A stretch of 37,265 nucleotides of DNA from a virus (lineage: Duplodnaviria; Caudoviricetes): positions 1 through 37,265 of the IMG/VR virus record IMGVR_UViG_3300017766_002176. The stretch is one strand, 5' to 3'. This document shows, piece after piece, positions 25,587 to 34,249 of the stretch (within the stretch, counting starts at the first letter, position 1; every line of letters begins with the position of its first letter). The notes below the pieces were generated by a model. It worked only from the letters and a program-made list of their open reading frames with translations, ran no database searches and had not been told where the DNA came from. The translations under genes and the position numbers were made by a program.

Positions 25587-27181
25587 TGTCCGGTCCTCTT
25601 GAGATACTGGGCGGGCGTCTCATTAGGCAACCGCGGCGCTACGCCGCCTGGGGTCGGGACGCTCGTCGGACCCGTGGGACCGCCCTCCTGGGAGAAGCGC
25701 CCGCGCATCGCAGCCATCGCCGACTTGTTGTTGACCTGATAGGGAGCCATCCGTTGCTGGAGGCCGCGAGGGTCGCGCGGATCGGTCAGGATGTCAACAG
25801 CCTGGCTCGGCGTGGAGCCGGCTTCCACCAGGCGGTTGAAGGCCTGATAGGTATCGAAGTGGAAGGCCTGGTAGTTTGCGGTGCCAGTCTGGTCGATGGA
25901 ATACATCGTCGACTTGGCGATCAGAGGTTTGATCTGGTCCAGGGCCTTGTTCAGGCGTGCCATGGCTGCGTTGTTGATCGCCTGGCCGGAACCCGCCGCC
26001 GGCGCAGCCTGGCGCAGGAAGCGATAGTCCGTGACCGCCAGCTTGCCGGCAGCGTAGGCTTGGTCCACCTCGACGACCGTCAGGGCCTGCGGCGACCCGG
26101 CCGGCTGGCCGATCTTCGAGGCGAGGTTAGTCCAGGTGGCGTTGTCCGTGTGGCGGTAGGTGCCGGTGATGGCGTCCTGGGTTGCAGCCGCGCCGGCGTT
26201 CCGCAGGGCGTTGATCGCGCCGGCGTCTGCACTCGGGTGCAGCGAGAGCTCCACCAAGGTCTGCCCGAAGTTCCGCGGAACCCGGATGCCCCCGGTCTGC
26301 GGGTCCCACATCTGGGCCGACACGGCGGCGGTCTTCGCCTCGAAGTCGTCCTTCTGCGCCTGGCGCTCGGCGGCGTGGGCAGCGCGGACGTCGGCTTCCT
26401 CGGCGTTCCGGTAGCTCTCGGCGATCCCGTACAGGTGGTTCCGGTCGGTGCCGTCCAGTTCGGTCGCGCCAAAGCCGGCGACCAGGGCCTGCTGCGCGGC
26501 CTGCGGGTTGGCTCGGGCCATGCCGAGGAAGGCCGCGGTGGTGAACTCTTTGCGCGCTGTGTCCCGGAGCTCCGAGCGGATCTGGTTCTGCTGGGCGACC
26601 GTCAGGTTCGGGTTGCGCTGGATCGCCGCCTCGATAGCGGTGTCGTACATCCCCTTGACGATGTCGAGCGAGGTCGGGTCCTTCATCACCATGTTGGAGG
26701 CGAAGGTCTTGGTGTCCGTCAGGTTCTGGACTGCGCCCATGCCGGCGAGCGAAGCCTGGTCCGCGGCCGTCTTCTCGAAGAAGTGCTGGCGCATCTGGCC
26801 CACGCTGGCCTCGGCCCACTTCTTGCTCTCCTCCGTGGTGAAGGTCGAGGCCCAGGCCTGGAGGATCGGCTCCAGCTGCTCCTCGCGGAACTTCGCGGCG
26901 GTGCTGGGGTCGTTGGGATCGGCGTCCTTGGCGGCGTTCTGCCAGGCGGTATTGATGCCGTCCATGATCTCAGCCTGGGTCTTCAGGCCGTTGCTCATTT
27001 CCTCGTTGATCTTCGCCTTGACCCACATGCCGCCAAGCGTCTCGATCCCATCACCGATGGCGCTGCCGATAGTCTGATAGGACTGCGCCTGGGCCCGGCC
27101 GGCGTTCACCGCCGCCTGCGCGCCGCGGTTGTCGATCTGCAGGCCCTCAATCGGGTTCGTGTATTCGCGGATGTTCGGCAT
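25583..27181 (-). CDS. Internal virion (ejection) protein, T7 gp15 position
   Basis: MPNIREY-type start, Ala/Gln-rich and helical; synteny. Confidence 0.72.
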   Translation of the reverse strand: MPNIREYTNPIEGLQIDNRGAQAAVNAGRAQAQSYQTIGSAIGDGIETLGGMWVKAKINEEMSNGLKTQAEIMDGINTAWQNAAKDADPNDPSTAAKFREEQLEPILQAWASTFTTEESKKWAEASVGQMRQHFFEKTAADQASLAGMGAVQNLTDTKTFASNMVMKDPTSLDIVKGMYDTAIEAAIQRNPNLTVAQQNQIRSELRDTARKEFTTAAFLGMARANPQAAQQALVAGFGATELDGTDRNHLYGIAESYRNAEEADVRAAHAAERQAQKDDFEAKTAAVSAQMWDPQTGGIRVPRNFGQTLVELSLHPSADAGAINALRNAGAAATQDAITGTYRHTDNATWTNLASKIGQPAGSPQALTVVEVDQAYAAGKLAVTDYRFLRQAAPAAGSGQAINNAAMARLNKALDQIKPLIAKSTMYSIDQTGTANYQAFHFDTYQAFNRLVEAGSTPSQAVDILTDPRDPRGLQQRMAPYQVNNKSAMAAMRGRFSQEGGPTGPTSVPTPGGVAPRLPNETPAQYLKRTGQ

Positions 27182-27183
27182 GG

Positions 27184-27855
27184 TCAGGCCTCCTCAATGA
27201 CGCGCGGCGCGATGCCGATCATATCGTAGTCCACTTGATAGACGCCATCGGCATCCTGGGTGACCGCGGCCGGGTAGATGCCGGCGACCTCCTGGGCCAT
27301 GACGCCCTCGAACAGGACGTCGCTCCCGAGGTAGCGGAAGCGATAGATCCCGACGCCGTCATCGCGGCGGCGCACGAGCTCGACGTCCGTCTTCATGCGT
27401 TCGTCGGACATGAAGATCATCGCCGCGGTCCCGGCCGCCTTGAGGATGCCGGAGAGGATGCCGCCCTTCTTAGCCGCCTTGGCGGCCTGGGCCTGCGCCG
27501 CGTAGCTCTCGGCTTCCTGGCGGTAGCCTTGCGCCTCGATAGTGCCCTGCAGCGAGATCAGCTGCTTGGTCAGGGCACCCTCGGCCGCGGACGACCGGAC
27601 GATGTCCATGGCGCTCCCGCTGTTCTTCAGCCCGGCTGCGGCGATGTCCGCCCGCTGGCCGCCCATGGTCTTGTAGATCTCGCGGCTAGTCATCAGCTGC
27701 TTGATGCTCGTGCTCTCTTTCGACAGCTTCTCGTTCTGCAGCGAGATCTCCGCCGCCTTGGCGTATCCCTTGGCAAGCTTCCCTTGCCCGATGGCCCCGA
27801 AGATGGACTCGGTCGCGCTAGCAAACCCGCTGAAGGTATCCCCGCTGATAGCCAT
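27184..27855 (-). CDS. Small internal virion protein (T7 gp14 position) with C-terminal peptidase S74 / intramolecular chaperone domain
   Basis: QRADIAAAG..SGSA ejection-type N-terminus; SDERMKTDV..GIYRFRY..GVMAQEV..P.AV..VDY. Confidence 0.8.
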   Translation of the reverse strand: MAISGDTFSGFASATESIFGAIGQGKLAKGYAKAAEISLQNEKLSKESTSIKQLMTSREIYKTMGGQRADIAAAGLKNSGSAMDIVRSSAAEGALTKQLISLQGTIEAQGYRQEAESYAAQAQAAKAAKKGGILSGILKAAGTAAMIFMSDERMKTDVELVRRRDDGVGIYRFRYLGSDVLFEGVMAQEVAGIYPAAVTQDADGVYQVDYDMIGIAPRVIEEA

Positions 27856-27858
27856 TTC

Positions 27859-30423
27859 TTAACGCTCCGTCGTTACGATGAAGCCTTCGATTGCGAGGAC
27901 CGTCGCCGGGTAGGGCCTGTTGACCTCCCAGCAGATCATGCTGTCGTAGCTGTACGTGTCGTCCAGGGTATCCCAGTGGACCCCGGAAAACAAGGTGGTC
28001 AGCGGGAGCGGCTGCGCGCCGCCAGTGGTCTTGAAGTTCGCCGGCCGCAGGTTGTTGAAGTCGGTGCCGAAGTAGATCCCCTGCGTCTGGTAGAGCAGGG
28101 TCCCGACCTGATGGGTGCGCCTGGTCTGCCCGAGCGAGGGGCCGATGCGGGAGCCCGTCTCGCTGGCGATCACCGGCCGCACGATCTGGCCCTGGCTGGT
28201 GTAGTTGTAGCCGACGACGATGGGGATGTGCCCATGGGTGCCGCCGAAGCCGTCCACGTAGACGTCATGGCCCGCGAATGTGCTCGTGTTCGCCGATAGC
28301 TGAGTGACGCGGGCGGTCGTGAACAGGCTCCCGGCCACGTCGAGGGGGAGATCGACATAGCCCGTCGAGGACACCGTGAACTCGCCGCAGTCGACGCCGG
28401 CGGCGAAGACGGTGATCTCCTGACCGACGAAAGGCCACAGGCCGTAGGCGCGGATCTTGTTCCCGCTCGACATATAGGTCGCCGTGGACGGGATGATGAA
28501 GCTGTCGAGGTAGGCGCTCTCGTTCAGAGCGATCTGCTCGTCGGCCAGGCGGCTCATTGTCTCGACCCAGTAGATCGGGTCCACGATGGAGCCGACCGTT
28601 ACCATCGTCAGGGAATTGGTCGACCCGTCCGGGGATGGGCCTACCGCGAGCGAGCGGAAGCCGCGGACGCCGTTCTCGCCGCCGGTGCGGTGCCAGTGCC
28701 AGGCGGAGAAGGACGCGCTCTGGGTGCCATACGGGCTCTCGCGCTTGTAGGTGCAGCCGACGAGGTCGCCATGGATGTCCAGGCCCCACAGGATCGGGGT
28801 TGGCTCCTGCTGATAGACGAACTCGACCATGCCGTTTCGGACCAGGTGTTTCGCCATCATCGACAGGTTCGCGCCGACATACTTCCCGAACGACGGGTCC
28901 GGGACGTACTCGATCACCTTGCTGTCGTGCCGGCCGATAAAGACCAGGGACATGGGGGCGCGGACGACGTGGGCGTTCTTGCTGCCGAACTTGGTGATCA
29001 TGTCGGCCTGAATGCTCGTCGGGGTCAGTGGGTCGTTCAGGGCCGAGGCCTGGATCAGCCACTCGCCGGCGGCCGTGCCGCAGATCATGCCCTGGTGGCA
29101 CGTCGACATCCAGAAGATCGTGTTGATGTCCTCGGCCTGGAGCACGGCCGAGATCGCATTGTCGTCCGCCACCGTCCCGTCAGGATCGGTCGGGGAGAAG
29201 TTGTAGGGGTCATTCGACTTGCTGCTGTCGATCCGGTTCCCGAGCACCCCAGTCAACCATAGGCGGCCCTGGTGGTAGGTGCCGTTGGTCGGGAAGCCGT
29301 GGGTCGTGCAGAACAGCCCGAGCCTCCAGATCTTGATCGGGTCGGTGTTCCGCAGCGCCTGGCCGCGGATCGTAACCGTGACGACGGTCGACGAGGTCCA
29401 GCCGGTCACCTCCGCCCAGGTCCAGAAGGCCGCGGTCGTGTCCACGATCCAGGCGTCGACCGTCGCGCCGGGCGGGCTGTCGGTGCTGGCTTTGGTGGCA
29501 TACCAGTAGACGCCGCCATATTCGACTTGATCGCCGACTGCATAGGCCGTGGCGGAAAGCCAGGTGTCAGGCGCGGACCAGAGCCGGATCAGTCGGCCGA
29601 TGTCCGCCGCGCCGATGCCGTGGTCCGCTCCAAAGGTCAGCGTGACCCCGACGCCCGAGGTGGCGCTTGGAGTGCAGGTGCCGCCGGTCGGGTCCAGATA
29701 GGGACCATCCAGGAAGTCGATCTCGGTGATGTCGAACAGGGAGCCGTCGTTGACCAGGGCATGTGGAGCGACACCGTTCTGCAGGATCGTCGCCGTGGTG
29801 TCGTCCTGGACAACCTGCACGAAGCGCCAGGCACCGCCCGTATATGGGGTGACGAGGTCGATGACTCGGGAGACCGTCACGTCGCCAGATCCGACTGAGA
29901 TCGTCGACCCGCTCACGTTGGTATTCGTCAGGGCGTCCTTGATGGTGAAGCGGTCGGTCCCGGTCACGGTGATCTCGAACTGGCGCTTCATCAGGACGGA
30001 CGTCCCGGAACCGTTCGTCAGGTCGACCAGGTTGAAGATCACCGTGTCCCCGGTCGTGTAGCCGTGGTTCGCCGTGGTGATGACCAGGGCCGGAGAAGCC
30101 GAGGAGATGGACGAGACGGACACGGTGTCCTCTGTCACGAGCTCGCCATCCGACGAGAAGCGGAGGTTGCCTTCGCTGAACTCCATGACGTAGCTGCTGG
30201 TCGCCGCGAAGTGGAACTCCCGGACGGTCGCGTCGATCCCGTTCTTCGTGTGCGCAATGAACTGGACGCCCGGCCGACGGATCACCGACCCCTCCTCGAT
30301 AGGGATCGAGTTGTAGCAGCGCGCCATGGCCCCGCGATAGTCCTCGCGGTCGACCCGGCCCTGCGCGGCTTGTGACCACTCACCCGACAGGAAGGTGGAC
30401 TGGATATACGAAGCGCGGCCCAT
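27859..30423 (-). CDS. Tail nozzle (tail tubular protein B-like)
   Basis: QSTFLSGEWS..GRVD..N..PIEEG..RRPG N-terminus; FPTNGTYHQGRL; AWHWH; 854 aa. Confidence 0.9.
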   Translation of the reverse strand: MGRASYIQSTFLSGEWSQAAQGRVDREDYRGAMARCYNSIPIEEGSVIRRPGVQFIAHTKNGIDATVREFHFAATSSYVMEFSEGNLRFSSDGELVTEDTVSVSSISSASPALVITTANHGYTTGDTVIFNLVDLTNGSGTSVLMKRQFEITVTGTDRFTIKDALTNTNVSGSTISVGSGDVTVSRVIDLVTPYTGGAWRFVQVVQDDTTATILQNGVAPHALVNDGSLFDITEIDFLDGPYLDPTGGTCTPSATSGVGVTLTFGADHGIGAADIGRLIRLWSAPDTWLSATAYAVGDQVEYGGVYWYATKASTDSPPGATVDAWIVDTTAAFWTWAEVTGWTSSTVVTVTIRGQALRNTDPIKIWRLGLFCTTHGFPTNGTYHQGRLWLTGVLGNRIDSSKSNDPYNFSPTDPDGTVADDNAISAVLQAEDINTIFWMSTCHQGMICGTAAGEWLIQASALNDPLTPTSIQADMITKFGSKNAHVVRAPMSLVFIGRHDSKVIEYVPDPSFGKYVGANLSMMAKHLVRNGMVEFVYQQEPTPILWGLDIHGDLVGCTYKRESPYGTQSASFSAWHWHRTGGENGVRGFRSLAVGPSPDGSTNSLTMVTVGSIVDPIYWVETMSRLADEQIALNESAYLDSFIIPSTATYMSSGNKIRAYGLWPFVGQEITVFAAGVDCGEFTVSSTGYVDLPLDVAGSLFTTARVTQLSANTSTFAGHDVYVDGFGGTHGHIPIVVGYNYTSQGQIVRPVIASETGSRIGPSLGQTRRTHQVGTLLYQTQGIYFGTDFNNLRPANFKTTGGAQPLPLTTLFSGVHWDTLDDTYSYDSMICWEVNRPYPATVLAIEGFIVTTER

Positions 30424-30429
30424 GGGATA

Positions 30430-31602
30430 TTACCTCCGGCACGTAATGTAGTCGTCCTCGGGGGGCTCCGTCGATCCGGTTTCGATGCCGTTCACGATGC
30501 GCGCCTCCGACATGAACTTCGTATAGACTTGCCCGATCACCGTCAACTTCTCGGTTGACTGGGTCAGGGGTTCCGCGAGCTCCATGGCCAGGCGGCACGC
30601 GAAGCCCTCGCAGAACATCTGGTCCATCTCCGGGACCGCCTCAATGTCCGCCACGAAGCGGAAGACAATGAGATCCCCGTCGACCGACGTGAAGTAGTCG
30701 CCGCCGAAGGTCCAGTCGTTATAGGACAGACCGGACGGCGCGCCCAGGTAGGACGACGAGCCAGCCTTCGGGTCCTGGGGGGCCTCACGGAGGAAGCCAT
30801 AGGGGAGCCGATAGACGTTCTTCGTGTTGTTGTCCGAAGACGGACCCGTGCCCAGGGGATAGGGCAGGACCAGAGACTTCAGCGTCACGCCGTAAACCTC
30901 CGGGTTCGGCTCCACGCCGCCCTTGCCGCCGAGATCCAGCCAGTGCTGACCGGACATGCCGCCGTACTGGGTGCCAGGGATCGCTTCCCATCCACCGCCG
31001 CCGGGGGTGTTGTTCAGGTTGAGCTCCTGCGTGCTCTGCCACTCCGACGAGGAATAGGTGACCACGTCCCGCTTCTGATAGGTGACCGTCGCATCCCAGT
31101 CAGCCGGCGTCCTCGGGTCCTCGTCGTTCCCGTTCTTCAGGGAGAGATAGACCCGATAGCTACCAGTCGCCGGCGTATAGACGAGCTCACCTGAGTAGTA
31201 GGAGGTGTTGACATCGTAGGCTGTAGCGGTCTGCGGCCCAAAGTATCGGCCCCATCCGGCGACCGTCCCGGGCGTCTGCGCCGCGGCGAGGTCTTCGACC
31301 GCCTGCCACCAGACATCCCCGTAGGTGACGATGCTGCCGGTGATGTAGGTCAGGGCCGCGCTATACGCCGGCGGCACGATGACCATGGTGTCGGTATCGA
31401 CCGGGCGCAGGGCGGCCAGGCGCGTAGCGAACCGCCAGACGTTGCGGCGAAGCTCGGCCTGGCGGATCTTGTGATAGCTGAAGTTGACCTCGTCCGCGGC
31501 CTTGCTGTCCTCGGACATGCTCGCGATCCGGCGAGCCCCGACGTGCTGCATGGCACGATTGGCGATGTCGACGCTGGTCTGGAAGGCGGAGTTCGTGGAC
31601 AC
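30430..31602 (-). CDS. Tail adaptor (tail tubular protein A-like) with inserted carbohydrate-binding-type repeats
   Basis: SVDIANRAMQHVGA..I..ELRRNVWRFA; YRLP; D.MF.E..ACRLA.ELAEPLT; about twice the usual length; GTG start with AGGAG. Confidence 0.85.
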   Translation of the reverse strand: MSTNSAFQTSVDIANRAMQHVGARRIASMSEDSKAADEVNFSYHKIRQAELRRNVWRFATRLAALRPVDTDTMVIVPPAYSAALTYITGSIVTYGDVWWQAVEDLAAAQTPGTVAGWGRYFGPQTATAYDVNTSYYSGELVYTPATGSYRVYLSLKNGNDEDPRTPADWDATVTYQKRDVVTYSSSEWQSTQELNLNNTPGGGGWEAIPGTQYGGMSGQHWLDLGGKGGVEPNPEVYGVTLKSLVLPYPLGTGPSSDNNTKNVYRLPYGFLREAPQDPKAGSSSYLGAPSGLSYNDWTFGGDYFTSVDGDLIVFRFVADIEAVPEMDQMFCEGFACRLAMELAEPLTQSTEKLTVIGQVYTKFMSEARIVNGIETGSTEPPEDDYITCRR

Positions 31603-31628
31603 GGGGCGGCTCCTAGAATGAGCCGTCC

Positions 31629-32168
31629 TTAGTACAGGCGGCCGACGAGATGGATCGTGAAGGTCTGGTTGGCGATGGGCGTGAACCCGGTGCTGTCGAT
31701 CTCACGGAGGGTCCAGTATAGCACGTCTCCGGGCTTGCGCGCCCAGATGATCGGGTCGCGGGCGTAGTCGTCAGTGGACGACGCACCATTGACCAGATGC
31801 AGGAAGGCCCCGTCAGCGCCGGCGGAGTAGGCGTCCGACACGTCAGAGGACATATGGCCGAGCCAGGAGGCCGCCCCGGTCGCAACCGCGTAGGCCCCGT
31901 TGTCCCCGTTCGTGAACGTGGGCGCGGCCGACCACAGGTCGATATGGCCCTGGAAGGTCGTGAACCCGGTGGTCAGGTTGGTAATCAGCCGGCCTCCGAC
32001 GATCTCGACGATCTCGGCTTCGTCCCGCGGGATGGTGACGCTCGGAACGACGATGCTCCCAGCCGTTGCGCTCGACGCGATCAGGTCGTTCTGCGCGTAG
32101 GCGGTCGTGTTGTTCGGGCGCGTCAGAACCGACGACGCCACAAACGGATGCTGTCCAAGCGTTTGCAT
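31629..32168 (-). CDS. Putative virion structural protein (beta-rich)
   Basis: AAGGAG RBS; TRPNNTTAYAQND motif; between head and tail genes. Confidence 0.7.
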   Translation of the reverse strand: MQTLGQHPFVASSVLTRPNNTTAYAQNDLIASSATAGSIVVPSVTIPRDEAEIVEIVGGRLITNLTTGFTTFQGHIDLWSAAPTFTNGDNGAYAVATGAASWLGHMSSDVSDAYSAGADGAFLHLVNGASSTDDYARDPIIWARKPGDVLYWTLREIDSTGFTPIANQTFTIHLVGRLY

Positions 32169-32177
32169 GGTGGCTCC

Positions 32178-32399
32178 TTAGACCCCGAAGGCGGTCGTGT
32201 CGTAGTTCAGCAGGTACATCTCGACCAGGTCGAGGGCCTGCTCAATTTCGAGGCGGGTCCAGCCGGCGGTCCCGCTGATGCGGACCTCCAGGTCGCCAGC
32301 GCCAGGCGTAGCGGTGCCCTCGGTGATGGTCTGGGAGCCTGCGGCCAGGACACTGATCGCGCCGCCGTTGCGGGAGAGGGAGAATGAAACGTCAGCCAT
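32178..32399 (-). CDS. Small hypothetical late protein (73 aa)
   Basis: AGGAG RBS; fills the gap in the late operon. Confidence 0.7.
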   Translation of the reverse strand: MADVSFSLSRNGGAISVLAAGSQTITEGTATPGAGDLEVRISGTAGWTRLEIEQALDLVEMYLLNYDTTAFGV

Positions 32400-32415
32400 G
32401 GCGGTCTCCTAGATG

Positions 32416-32490
32416 AAAAGGGGTGGCGGGACCCGGGGGAGGACAACCCGGGGCCCCGCCTTTGGCGTCCGCGCCGAAGCGCCCCGCCGT
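32416..32490 (-). ncRNA. Candidate 3'-UTR RNA or terminator: cUUCGg hairpin plus hairpin with anti-SD loop UUGUCCUCC
   Basis: GCGC-TTCG-GCGC (32482-32471); GGCGGG.CCCGGG-TTGTCCTCC-CCCGGG.CCCGCC (32460-32425) followed by ACCCCTTTT. Confidence 0.45.
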
Positions 32491-32493
32491 GTC

Positions 32494-33024
32494 TTAGTCG
32501 ACGAAGGTGATGCCCACGCCCATGACGGCGGCGTTGGTCAGCGAGGCAGCGACCGAGATCACCACGTCGATGAAGCCGCCCGGGTTGGACGACAGGCCGG
32601 CGGCCTGCCACAGGGGCTGGTTGCGGGCCGAGATCGGGTAGAACCCGCCTTCGTTGGTGATGTCCGTGCGGGCCACGGCAGCGCCGGAGACGTCGATGGC
32701 CGAGGCGAAGAAGTCCGCGTCGATCACGTCGCCCTGCAGCGAGACCGGGGTCCCGTCCACAGTGCTGTCGCTGTGGTACAGGCCGACGTTCACGGTGCCG
32801 GTGCCGCCGGTGTCGGCGCTCTCGAAGTGGACGCTCTTGACCTTGGCGGTCGCCGGCAGGCGGGCCAGGCGGTAGGTCGACGAGGTGTCGTCCGCGGCCA
32901 CGGTGGTGATGTAGGCGTCGACCTCACGGAGGTAGCCGGGAGCGCCTTCGCCGGTGGTCACAGCGACAACCGGGATGGCGTCGAGGTTAGTGATCGCGGC
33001 GGATTTCAGAGTGGAAGTACCCAT
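32494..33024 (-). CDS. Capsid cement / minor capsid protein (BPP-1 Bbp16 position)
   Basis: Directly after the major capsid gene; 176 aa; beta-rich jelly-roll-like pattern (STYRLARLPATAKV, IDADFFASAID). Confidence 0.7.
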   Translation of the reverse strand: MGTSTLKSAAITNLDAIPVVAVTTGEGAPGYLREVDAYITTVAADDTSSTYRLARLPATAKVKSVHFESADTGGTGTVNVGLYHSDSTVDGTPVSLQGDVIDADFFASAIDVSGAAVARTDITNEGGFYPISARNQPLWQAAGLSSNPGGFIDVVISVAASLTNAAVMGVGITFVD

Positions 33025-33045
33025 TGTCGTGTTCCTTCAAACCAG

Positions 33046-33096
33046 TGTGGGAGGGGATGCTGGAGGGGGGCTTGCCGGAGCTCGTCCCCCCTCCCC
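33046..33096 (-). promoter_or_regulatory. GC-rich intercistronic hairpin between capsid and cement genes
   Basis: GGGGAGGGGG can pair with either CCCCCTCC or CCCCTCCC downstream. Confidence 0.4.
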
Positions 33097-33107
33097 TTGA
33101 TCCGCCC

Positions 33108-34028
33108 TTACGGCGTGATGTCGGCTCCCGTGGTGTCGGAGCAGATGATCTTGAGCACCTTGCCGGGCTGCGTGCGCGTCGCGCCGTAGCTGGTCTTGGT
33201 GTAGAGATCGTAGGGCTCGCCCGACAGGTCGTTGCGGATGGACACGCGGTTGGTCATGTCTTGCCACATGCCCAGGTACAGCCCGGACTTGGCGAAGGCG
33301 ATGACGTCGCGCAGGTTGGATGCGGTCGCCAGGCGCTCGGACACGACGATGTCGAAGCCGAGGAAGCGGGTCACGCGGCCGTCGACCAGGACCGGCTTGT
33401 CGTTGAACTCGGTGCTCACGACTTGGGCCTGGTTGAGCAGATCGCTCTCCTGCTTCGAGCCGATGACCAGGGTCAGCGGATCGCTGTCGATGTCGACGTG
33501 GTTGTGGCGGAAGATCCGCTTCGCTTCGATCAGCTTGGCGACGGTCAGTCCGCTGGCGGCCGAGGAGCCGAAGGTCGAGGCGACCTCATAGGCGGACGAG
33601 AACGAGGCCCAGGTCTCCGCGGAGAGGCCGGCGGCGTCGGTGCCGGTGTAGGCGGTGCCGAAGGCGGCAGCGATGATCGCGTCGTCCCAGCCGCGGCCGA
33701 CCGCGACGGAGGCGCTTTCGAGATACTGCGATTTCGGGTCCACGATGGTGCGGAGCTCGTCGAAGCTGTCGATCAGCTGGTCGATCTCGCCGTCCTGCGG
33801 GAACACCCAGCGCCGAGTGAAGTCGGCGTCAGTGCGGTTCTTGGGGGCGAAGCGGCCGGCGGGGGCCTTCAGCTGGATCGCGCCGATTTGGTTGACCGGC
33901 GAGGCTTGCTTGCCGACGTGGGTGCCTTCGCGCACCTTTCCGCGCAGCTTCGAGCCCATTTGCTGAAGCTTGAGCTCCAGGTTGGTGCTGAACTGCGTGG
34001 TCCAAAGTTTATAAAGGTTCTCGGACAT
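33108..34028 (-). CDS. Major capsid protein
   Basis: QFSTNLELKLQQMGSKLR..V, D.FD.LR.IVDP.S.Y, FLGFDIVVSERL, YGATR..GKV; about 306 aa; follows the scaffold. Confidence 0.92.
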   Translation of the reverse strand: MSENLYKLWTTQFSTNLELKLQQMGSKLRGKVREGTHVGKQASPVNQIGAIQLKAPAGRFAPKNRTDADFTRRWVFPQDGEIDQLIDSFDELRTIVDPKSQYLESASVAVGRGWDDAIIAAAFGTAYTGTDAAGLSAETWASFSSAYEVASTFGSSAASGLTVAKLIEAKRIFRHNHVDIDSDPLTLVIGSKQESDLLNQAQVVSTEFNDKPVLVDGRVTRFLGFDIVVSERLATASNLRDVIAFAKSGLYLGMWQDMTNRVSIRNDLSGEPYDLYTKTSYGATRTQPGKVLKIICSDTTGADITP

Positions 34029-34212
34029 TGGATCTACCAAGTCTCCATGCTAGGGTTGGGTTACGCTCTGCTTGGCCTTGTCCTAGCGGGGGCCGGGTAC
34101 TATCGTCCGTCTGCGACCGCCCTTGCGGGTTATGGTCAGGTAGCTTGGGCGGTCGGGTGCCATCAGTCTCCCGCGTGAGGCCCCCTGTCCTTCCGGGTCG
34201 GGGCCGCCAGTC
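34029..34212 (-). promoter_or_regulatory. Long structured 5' leader of the capsid gene with three related hairpins
   Basis: H1 34205-34179, H2 34155-34114, H3 34094-34074. Confidence 0.6.
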
Positions 34213-34217
34213 ACCTT

Positions 34218-34247
34218 CATTTACACCCCGCTAGGACGAGGTGTCAA
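34218..34247 (-). promoter_or_regulatory. Putative sigma70-type capsid promoter within a near-palindrome
   Basis: TTGACA-CCTCGTCCTAGCGGGGT-GTAAAT; ACACCTCG/CGGGGTGT dyad. Confidence 0.55.
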
Positions 34248-34249
34248 GC

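Noticed and set aside
33025-33130. Programmed frameshift or readthrough fusing capsid to cement protein
   Set aside because: No slippery heptamer near the capsid stop, and the cement frame has a TGA at 33039-33037 before its ATG
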